Source: a virus
Lineage: Duplodnaviria; Caudoviricetes
Length of the DNA: 64,000 bases
IMG/VR virus record: IMGVR_UViG_3300025389_000011
Direction: 5' to 3' (one strand)
Below, one piece after another: positions 48,801 through 60,800 of the stretch. A program made the translations under genes and the position numbers. The notes below the pieces were generated by a model. It was not told where the DNA came from. It did no database searches and saw only the letters and a program-made list of their open reading frames with translations. Positions within the stretch are counted from its first letter, which is position 1. Every line of letters starts with the position of its first letter.

Positions 48801-51800
48801 CAATAAACTAGATGTGTTTAATGTACCATTTACACCGGTATACACACCTGAAGTATTATATGCTGTAAATTGTTGTCCTTGAATTTGTCCAGGATTAATA
48901 CTTAAATTAACATTCAACGTCATTGAGCCAGTACCATTAGTTAATTTTAATGTATTAGCTTGGCTTGTAAATGTAAGAAGTGATGTGCCAAATACAGGAT
49001 CTAGTGGTGCAGTTGCAGTAGTTAATGTTACTACAGGGCCGTTGATACTTAATGACACAGAAAATTGAGTGTTCTTTGTCCCAGAAAATAACTGGCTTAC
49101 ATAATAAGTAATACCTGTTTGCAGATTACCCACAGCAGTTCCAGTAAATATAATAGGTGTATTTACAGACAAGCCCAACGTACTATCGCAAGTGATTGCG
49201 TTGTTGCTTGAAGATGTTGCCGTAACGTTTACCATTAATGGGTCAGCACTTGTAGACATTGTAAATGTCTGTGGATCAACTACAGTTGTTACATAATAAA
49301 TTTCATTAGCAACAATTCCACCAAACACATCACCTGTAAAGAATATTGGAAGACCAACATAGAAGTTTGTTGTTCCATTTTGACCTGTTGGTGTTAACTC
49401 TACTGTAACATAATTAGTTCCAGCAGTAGTAGCTGTTGTATTTCTGATGCCATCATAGTTGATTGTTAATATTGCTTGATTTGTAACTTCACCAGGATAA
49501 GCTAATAATCCCGCTGTTGGCACAGTAGCAGATGTTAGTGCAAATGTTGAGCCAGGGTTTCCATTACCATCTATTGAAGTTGAAACAGTAAAGCCTGTTG
49601 CCTCTAAGACACCTGTTGTTAAATTAGGAAGCTGTACCAATGATTTTACATAATATGTTGTATAATTACTTAAATTACCAACTGCTTCTCCAATAAATTG
49701 TATTGGCATACCTACGTAAAAACCAAGTGTAGCACCAAGAGTTGGAGTAACAGGATTACCACCAGTACTTGCTGTTATACGAATTGTATTTGGATATGAC
49801 GATCCAGAACCATATGTTTGTACAGTATTTCTAGATAGTGAAGACCAAACTAATGTTTGTTGATTTTCTACAGCTAATATTTCAAAAGGCGCGCCTTGGG
49901 CACTAGCAAGTATATTAGCAATATTAGGTTGAGCATTATCTAATAAAATACTTGAACTTGAAACCAATTCACTATTTGAATATGAACCTGCATAGAATGC
50001 ACCGTAATACCCACCTGGTTGCCAATCAATAACTTGACTGTTATACGTTGTTCTATCAAATTTTAATGTTATGTTATTTTCTCTAACTGGTATAGCACTA
50101 GTTACGCAACTTGCAACAGCACCTACACTAAAATTCTGATATCCAGTACCTTGCGAATTTAATTTCACACGATTGTTGTCGTTTACACAATTCAAGTATG
50201 ATTCATATAACGCAAACGTTATATTTGGATATGATTCCAATACGTTAACATAATATCTTTCACTAGGAATTAAACCTTCAATTGGTTCTGACCCTGTTTC
50301 TGGTTCATATATGATTAAGTCACCTGATTGTAGCAATGGTGATTGTAAATCAATTGTGTTATTAGTTGTATTAACTTGACTGCTGTTAACGCTTACAACA
50401 AGTGCAGGATCAATACTAATGCTAGGTAATATTGCATAACCTTCACCTGGATTATTAACTGTCACCCCAATCACACGATCCAAATTCATAATTGCAGTAA
50501 ATGATGCAGGAACTCTTGGAGCAGGGTATATTGATGTATCAATGTATGCTCTAATCTGCGGAGGATTACTGTAACCCCTACCGCTGTTCAATACCAATAC
50601 TGCTGGTAAATTAATGTAAATTTTTGAACCAGGTAGATGTTGACTAGCACCACTGTTGTTCAATCCACGTGATAATCCCAATAATTGATTTGTAGCAATA
50701 TTCAAATCAGAATATCCAATTTGTTCATTATCAATAGTTATAGTACCGTTGACCGGAAATCCGGTTACATTGTCAACATAACAAGATGTTGTATTAACCG
50801 CCATATACGATTGCAACGTGGATATTAAATAATTATCTTGTCCAACAATACTTAATCCATAATTATTAAACCACTGATTATAACTTGTTTCTTGCCATAT
50901 TGAATCTGTGGGTAAATATTGATTATCACCGCTGGCATTATTGTATACCAATTCAGGAGTTATAAATTGTTGAACACTTGAATTCCATTGAGCAGGTAAA
51001 TCAAAGTCAGTAATATCACCCTCAAATACGTCAGTACCTGTATACGCAAATAAGAAATCTTTGATAAGAACATGGTATGGTTTTACCTCGTTTAAATATC
51101 CTTCTAAGAATATTTCATTATCACTTTGGAAAACTTCTAATGGTAACAATTCACGCACAGTATGTGTAACATCAACCAATGATGTTTTGTTCAACCATGG
51201 TAAAAAGTTTTGATTTTGTACTGTTTCAGCTTGGATATAATTGAATAATAATATTAAACCTACGTTTCTCTCTACTAATAAATTGTCAGGAAGTTCTTCA
51301 TTCAATGAACGTATAATATATCTAGTTTCTTCGCTAGGATATGTATCATATGGTGCTGTGTCAAAATAGTTGTTACCAAATCCAATGGCGTTGTTTGCAT
51401 AATCATATATTGCACTACTGATTTGAACAGTACCATACTGTAAACCAATACGTACCCATCCTAAGGTAGCATCTAATACATATGTTTCTTGGAAACCGTT
51501 TCCGTTTTTCAACACACTTGCAATAGTTCCTACAGGAACATTAAGAGTTGATAAATCTGCATAGATAGGTACTTGCACACTTGCTCTTGTATTGTCATTG
51601 TAGCCAGGAGCCCACCAATTAACAGAATTTACATAATTTGCAACATTGTAGAAAGGTAATCCAGTTGAAGGATTAATTGGACCAACTTCATACAAGAAAA
51701 CACTATTGGCAATTTCATTGAAAGGATATTGAATCAATAATGCATTTGCACCAGTAATATAGTTATCCAATGCTCCCAATCTGTCATAGAAGAAACTTTG

Positions 51801-54800
51801 ACGGGGTCTTGTTAGTACACCTGTGCGAACTGGGGGAGGTAACCTAGGATCAGGAACAACGGCTCCAGTAACATTTGTACCAGACAAACTGTCTAACATT
51901 CTAGCATACAAACCAGTTGGTTGTGTTGATGTTACTGATCCTCTTAAGTTGTATACGCTTGTGCTTGGTAAGCCAGGCAAGAAACTGTCTTTGTTTCCAT
52001 CTTGTATTAGTGTGTATTGCGTATGTGCAACATCATTACCGCCACCTGATGAGTAACCAATATGTAGTACAGAGTCTGTATTGTTTATGTAGTCACTACA
52101 GTTATATAATGCAAATACATTTTGTAATAATGGTGAAAAATAGCTTATACCACTAGCCTGAGGCTGTGCAATATAACTTTGCAATGTAGAATCGGCTAAT
52201 GTTTTTCCCTGTTCTTGATTTACTATATTTGTGTTTCTAGCCCAGAAATAATATATAGGAACAATTGCACCCTGTTCATTAATGATTGGCGTAACCACAA
52301 ATGAATCTATACTATAAGCAGTTCCAGGACCTGAATATTGGTTAGGTGGCACGTTACTTGCTACCCATGAATATATTGCAACGTCACTTCCAGGGAATAC
52401 AGCGCCCCAATATTGGCTATTGTATACTACATCATTTTGATGGTAATTTAAAAACCGAACATTACTTGTATCAAACCAAAGTTTACCAAGATTTTCTGCT
52501 CCCCAAACTTTCCCACCAACTGTTGTACCCACAGAATTATAAGTTGCAGGATCAACATTACTGATAATGTCTATGTTTTCTCTTACTGCACCTAATAATT
52601 TACCTTGCAATGGATCAAAATAATCTAAATTAATTAATGTGTTATTTGTTTTTGCGCTATAAATTAAGATAGGTCCAATGTTATTAACATCTACAACAGG
52701 ACATGATGTTCTATACACAGCCCAGTCATTGCTTGTACTGCTGTTTACATATGTAACCACCTGACCGTTTGTGTCATTTGCATAAGTTGTAGGGCTAAAT
52801 TTAGGAGTACCAATAGTAACCACATTGTTATTATAGTCTAGTGCAGTACCGTATAAAGGTTGTGAACCATAATCAATATTCAATGCATTTGTACTTTGTG
52901 CATATGCAAATAGTCCAGGAGCTGTTATGCTTTCATTATATGCACCTAAATAATCAAACATATAAACAGCACCAGCATTATTGAATGTATCAATAAATTG
53001 TGTTGCGTTGTTGTCAAAGATAGTATCTAAATCTACGTTATTTTGAGGGGTAGCATCAAATGTTGTTGCAGAATAGCGTGTACCTGCAGGAGCACTAACA
53101 ACTATACTTGTACCAAATTCGTTAAACTTAACTACAGTACCAAACTGTGTGGCACCTGCTGTATGTGGGCATTGGATAACTTGTGTTTCAGTATATAATT
53201 CAATTCCTAATTCAGCTAATACTGTACTGTCTAATACCGTCAATGATAATTTGTTGTTTGAAACACCTAATGATACATCAATCAATTGAATCATTAATAT
53301 GCCATCAACTGCGGTTGAGGTAATGTTTGTTATTTTTGCATTGTTAATAAGCTGACTGATAACTGTTGCGTTGCCAGGTTTTAAATTAACTGCATATCCA
53401 TTCAATAATATAGTATGATTTTGTGTTACGTTTGTTGCATAGGCACCAACAATCATACCATATTTTTCACCACTATTGGTAAATCTATGAACAGCACCTT
53501 CATGATTTTCAGGGCTTAATTCAAATGGTGCACCAATCAATATTTCATTTGCAAAATTATTTGTAGCAATACTTGTACCAAATTCTACCCCAACTCTTGG
53601 TGTCATTTCATCGGTAAATGTTTGTGCCAATACAAAATTAATACTACTGATGTTTATCAAATCTCCATAATTAAGTGTTGGGGTCGAGTTACTATATATG
53701 TTAAATGTTGAGCCTAATACTGCGTACATGCTATCAGGTATCAATGTTCCATTGACAGTAACATACAATGGTGAATTTTGTATAACCAAATTCATTGAGC
53801 CTGTTGTTGCGCCGGCTAATGTAAACGCCGGGCCACCTCTGGTCAATGATACTGTGATGTTGTTTCCGCTAATTGATTTTACATAATAAACTGTGTTTAC
53901 TGCTAAACCACCAAATGGTGTACCTGTAATAATAAATGGTAAATTAACATATACACCAACAACAGTATTCAACACCAATGCGTTTCCACTATAACTAGAT
54001 GCTGTTACTGTAGTAGTTGTAGGTGTCCATGCCAATGTAAATGGTTGAGGAACAAAAAGTTGACTTGGATTAGTAGCTTCAAACATTTGAACTGTTCTAT
54101 TGAACAAGAATGCATAACCATAACTAGCAGTATTGGCATCATAGTTTGTATAAGGAGCTCCAATTGTTACTGTATCTCCGTAATAATCTGTTGCAATTGA
54201 ATATCCAAATTCTGCATTTGAATTAATACCGGCTACACTTAATGTTTCCATTAATTCATATAGATATGTGATTGCTGATTTACGATATACATAAACATTA
54301 TTGTTTGCGGTATCACTAATGTATAACCAATTTGCATCACCTGATATTGCAAGACCTTTACCCCATATACTGCCACCAGCAGGAGCCGGAATAGTTTGTT
54401 GTAATTCAAGTGAATTTACCAATGCTGTTTGAATCAATTCATAAACATAAACGTTACCTGTTGGTTCTGATATAATAAATGTGTTTCCAGTATAGGCAAT
54501 TGTAGTACCAAAAGAAGTATTCTGCGTCAATGTTTGTGTGATTTCATATGCCTGATATACACTATTATATTGATATCTATAAACTTTACCTGCACCCGCA
54601 TCAGCAATCATATATCCTAAATTATATGCGTATGCAACGGCAGAACCAAATGTTTCACTTGCTGGTAACAATATTTCAGCATCATAGGTGTAATTCAACG
54701 ATTTTTGATATACCGCCCAACCACCATTGGTATTTGCGTCTGTCCAAACTAACAGCTGGTTGAATTCGTTGTTAAGTAGTGATGGTAGTTCTGCAATCTC

Positions 54801-57800
54801 AGGTGCTGTTGCAACACGTTGACTGTCAAACATAAAACCAACACCTAACCCTGTGACATTTGTTAGTTGTGGATTTAATGATAAATTAATCAATACTCTA
54901 TTTGCATCAACAACACCAGCAACAATATAGTAATTGTTGATTTGTGTATTAAAATTAACGATTGCAAAAATTTGATTTTTTGTTAAGTTGTGTGGTTGTA
55001 CAAATGTAATCGTTACTGTACCATTTAAATTATTTTTAGCATTAACAATAGGACCTAAACTTGCAGGTGTAAATACGTCCCAATCACTTAAGTAATTTGC
55101 TATCCATGCATAGTCACCAACGTAAAAATTACTTAATGGTACTACTGTTCCAAAACTATTTTTAGCAGTAGCTAATCCTGAATAGTAATAGCTTGCCATT
55201 TTTACGTCATCAAAATTAACATAACCTGCAGTTGGGTATACTGTACTAGGTGTTGTTGTTGAAATTGTAGGTAGTATATTAGGCTGTGTAATTGTTTCTG
55301 AGTAGTTAACCAATTGATACAACGGAACTTCTTGTTGTACCCCGTCAGTATATACACCATTTGTTAACCCAACAATACTTGGGTTACCTGTTAATTGATT
55401 TTGTTGTAAAATAAATTCTACGTAATTGTTGTTTAATGTTCCACCAAATTGCCCTGACAATATGGCCCAATTTTCATAGATTGTGTAATCAATACCACCC
55501 TGTGGCAAATTAGCGCCCTTAAATGCGTTAAGAGCATTTATTGTACCCTTTTCTTTAATCATGTTTTTATAAACATTGATTTGTGTAATATCAGTTAAGT
55601 CAACTGTTGCTAGGTAATTTCTAGGACGATATCCAATCAAACTGTAACTTAATAAGTTAGCATCTTCATCTAAATTGTTTCTGTATGTGTCATAGTACAA
55701 GGTAGATTCATATGCACGTGTTTGTCCATTTGGTAATAAACCTTTTTGTACTTCATTATAGTTAGTAACTTTCCAACTCTTTTCTATAAACGTTGGATTT
55801 GGTTGAACAATATCTAGTGCAAACCAATATTTGTTTTTGTATGTAACAATACTACCAGCAGTATATTTGACAGTTGGGTCCCATGGTAAAATATTATCTT
55901 GATTTAATATAAATCCATTAGCATCTAATGTACCGTTCCAATCAGCAGTTTTTACACCACGCACATAAATTCTATTTTGACGTAAACCTGTAATCAAATT
56001 ATAAATGATGTCATTAAATTGTGTTACATTATCAAATACAATACCATGCTCAATGTTACTGATATTAAATTGTCCATAACTAATTGAGTCACCTTGATTT
56101 TGCGGAGCTACATTAAACAATGTACCATTACGGAATATTGACAAATCAATATTCTTTATTGGGTATAAGTTTTGATTCAATACAAAGTTTTGTTCTTGTA
56201 CCGATAATGGCTGTACTACATAACTATCTTTATCAATTGTTAATTGTGAGGCAGCAGGATTTAGTGTTGTTATAACTCCCAAGTCCCATCCCATTTGTGC
56301 CCAATATAAGAATTCAGCAATCATTTGATTCCATGTTACCGGGACGCCATTTTCTACTGATTCATAAATCATACCTTGTTCAATAAGATATGCACTATAA
56401 CCACTGATAAATGATGCTACTTCTTGTGCAGAATAAAATTCAGTACCATATGGAACTAACACCACATCATTGTAAAATTGTGAGTATACTTTTACTGACA
56501 AATTTTCTACTGTACTTACTGTATATTTTGAACTTGTATTTGGCAGGTAAACTCTGAAATATGCATCGTTTTGACTGTTTCCGTATACCTTATAACCGTT
56601 TTGAGTTATTTGCACAACTACGCCACTATAGACTAAAGTTGTGAAAGGTGTGTTCTCGTATAATAGTACAGAATAGTTTTCATTAGGAATTAATAATGAA
56701 CTGTTGTTACTGTTTGCAGAACTCTTTTCTAAATAGAAATTCAATAATGACTGGTCACTAAAGCCAGCTAGTCTATATACCAAACGAACATCTAAGTTAC
56801 TGAATAGGTTTGTAATCTGTGTTGTTGCATCTACACCTAATTGTTTTTCGTAATCAACAATCCAATTGATGTAACTAGTTGCAGGTGTGCCACTACCATA
56901 CACAGGTATGTTTTGTATATCTAAATGACTTCTATCATTGATTAAGAATTGATTAAACTCTGCATTGTATTTGTAATTGTCAACGTCAACACCCAAGTTA
57001 AAGAACTCTGCAGGTTTGAATAATGCATACAAGCGCATTAAATCAAATGGCCATGTGCTACTTCTGCGATAAGAAAATTCTGCAGGACCACTGTCACCTA
57101 CTACCCAGTCATTTTGGAAAGTAAAATGATTGTAATTACCCATAATAGAATCAAACGGTGATAACAAATTACCTTGACTATCTACTGGTAAAACACTTAA
57201 CAAACCATCACGAACATAAAGAGGATTAATAAATGGATTACCATTATTGTAATCTATACCTTGAGCCATGTCGTTCCATAACACCAAGTTATCACTTGTA
57301 TATGGTGCGGGACCATAACGGTCAGTCCACCAACCTGGCATTGTTGTGTAGCCTACCATTTCCCAAGGTGTTTCATTTGGAGTACTTGTATCATAGTAAT
57401 ACAAATATAAACCTCTAAAGTTACCTTGTTGGATAGGTTCTTGATTTATCTTATTTGCGCTGTTAGAATAATTATAACTAAACTGGTCTGATTTCAAATA
57501 GAATTGAGTTTTATAATTAATACGATTGATACCAACCCAGTTTAAGAAACCTTCACTATAGATTTCTAAAAATTCATCATATGAATATGGCAACGTTCTA
57601 AAGAAACCGGGAACTACTTCATATTGTGTAATTGGTATAACGTTGCTTAGTTTTAAGTTATTGTATACACGTGTTTCATACTCTAATAACGCTTGGTCTC
57701 TGAAATCATCTAATGCGCCTGTATCTGGATCGTAATTACCATATAGTTTATTATATGAACCATCATGTCCTACAATAAAATATGTTGGTTGAAAGTAATC

Positions 57801-60800
57801 TGAATCTAATGTTACGCTAGGAATTGTTGCAGGGTATAATCCTAACTTAGTTGGTGTGTTAGGTACATAGCTACCTGTTGTGTTATTATATTCATTAATT
57901 GTAATGGTATCGTTTTGTAACAAGTCATATGTTACCGTTAATGAAGGTGCGGTACTGCTGACAGTATAATCAACACCACGTATCAATTGAGTTTGAACAC
58001 CATTGCGTGTTAAGTATACCAATACGCTACTATAATTTGCTTTACTAAAATCATAAATTGTACTCAATGGATAGATACTAATATCTAATGAGTTTGCAAA
58101 AGTATATGTATTTGTAATATAAGGAGCATTACAAGGCAACATATCACTCCAAAAGAATGGTTGATCTGAAGAATGTGTTGCTGATATTTGCGTTATTGCA
58201 TCATCTAAAATTTGAGCAGGAGTTTGTATATAACTATAATTTGTATTATTAATTGTGTAAACTAACAAATCTTTAAATGTAATATATTCTCTACTATTAT
58301 ATTGTAATGAGTCAAATAAATTAGTATTTGGGTCACGTAAAAATGCACCAGGCAATACTAAACTTGCACTATTTTGAATAATAGCATTGCCCCATGGAAC
58401 TAAATTACCTAAATCACGGTAATTATTAGGTCCAAAGATTTGACCGCTAGTATTTGGATTATTGTAGAAAATACTTTGATATTGTCTACGAATATCACCA
58501 ACATTCGCTGTTGTAATATTGGTGTTGAAAGGATTGTTATTAATATTAATAGGTGTTTGGTAGTAAGCAGTTTCACTTACTTGGTCACTTAATATTAAAA
58601 CTTGTATTACACAATCAGTTACCGGAATATATGCTGAAGATATAATAATGCTTGTGGTATCAGAAGTTGTTGTTAATGTATAATTAGCAGGATCCAAATA
58701 TGTATTGTTTACATAAACTTGAACCTTAGGCCATTGAATATCAGATGTTGAACTTAATGGAGCAATGTCGCAATTAAATGCTGTGAGTCCACTTAGTGCA
58801 GGTACACTAAAATCAAAAATTTGATATTGAACGCTAGGACTTACTGCTGTTTGCCAACCTAATTGACGAATATATGTTGTACCGTCAATAGAGTAATTAT
58901 ATACATAACCAGTGTTAACATTTTCAGTTATAGGACTTAACCCACTTACATAGGTAAAAGTATCACTATTCAATGTTACATTGAAAGATATATCACCAAT
59001 GTTGTCTACACCAGAATATTGAATTGGGAAACCTAATACCGTGTCATTTGTTCCTGTACCAACACCATATTGAAATAGTGTGCTTCCCTTAAATGAGCTA
59101 CCTTGATAAACTGTTAAGTCACCAAAACTTATTCCATTGCTATCAAACACATCAAAATAAGGTGTTTGATTTACATTTATTTTTTGTTGGCATTCTATCC
59201 AAGCTGTACCATTGTAATAAAAATCTGTACCTTGATAATTATACCCACGATAAATTGTTGTTTGTTCATTTGGTAATACCAATCCGTCTTCTGCTTCTGT
59301 TAGTGTAATGATTGGTACACCATTGGTTACAGTTGTAGAAAATTGTGACACATAGATTTTGTTTCTTACATTTACATCGGTGTCATTTGCAAAAACAATT
59401 CTTGCACCATCGAACAATGCGTAATTGCTTAGTTGAGTATATGCTGTAACTAAACTAGCTACCGTTGTTCCTTGAACAGTTGATTGATTATACCAACTTA
59501 CTGTAATGATAGTATTGGTATCAACTTTTTCAATATTTGTAATTTGCGTAATTGCAGGTAATACCAATGTTGAATCTGTAATATATTGTCCAATTCCAAA
59601 TGTACCTGACAGATCGGCAGTTGGGATAGTAATCAATGTACTGTATGGATATATTGATGCACTTAATGTACCAGTAGCTGTAGTTAATGTTAAGTTTGTA
59701 CCTTGTTTTTGCGTTGAAATTGTAATATTAGTACCAATGATTGATGTAATATAATATGTAACACCTGTGCTTATTCCACCAAAAGTTGTACCACTAAAAG
59801 TGATTGTGTCATTTACAAACAATCCATTGGTATCACTCAATGTAATTTGATTTATTAATGCAGTTGTATGTGTCGCAGTTTTAGTTGAAGGACCTGTTAC
59901 TGCTTGAATCGTTGCATTATATGTTGTGTATCCTGCTACATCAGGATAGTAATTTGTTTGCCCAGCCACTTGAGTAAACGCATTTGTTGTTCTAAAATCT
60001 ATAAAGTCAATAGGTGATTTACCAATTGTACCTGAATCAAACAATTGTAAGTTTGGATAAAACTCAATGATAGGTCTTATTGCTTTGGCAGCCTGTGTTG
60101 CATATGTAGAAATAATAGTTGGATCATTGTTATATTTTGCAGTTGCAGTAATAACGTCTGTGTGGAACCAACGATTGCTACGTGACCAGGCATTTCTATT
60201 AATAGAATTTCTAGCAATTGTTATATAATCTTGCAGTAGTGGCAAGTATAATGTAATATCATAGTTACCAATATCATATGGTAATGTATCATATGGAATA
60301 TATTGTCCTTCTGAAAATAAGCCCGGGCTTATTAATTCAGTAGTAGGAATTAATTCAATAGCGGTACCAACACCCTGTACATAGTATTCTCCACTTGCAT
60401 AACTTGTTGGGAAAATATCACCCTGAAATGTTACCTTTAAACCATTTGTAAAAACAATTCCTGTAGTCGATGTATATTGAGTTTTACCTAATATTTCTGT
60501 ATCAACGTTTAGTGTATTATTATTGTTGTTTTCAACTAATTTAATAATGCCCACTTTACTTGGAGTAGTGCCATCTTGATAATATAATGTATCTAATATT
60601 GCACTATTATACGGTATTTCTTCTATAGTACCATTTGTATTTCTAAAGAATTTAAGGTTAATATATTCATTACCATATGTTGCAGTAATGTTTTCATTTG
60701 TTGGAATAAAACCAGATGGCGTTAATTGGATTTGTGGATTTGAAGGATCTCCGATTAAACTTATTGTGTAAAATGTAGCATTTACTTGTGTATAATAACC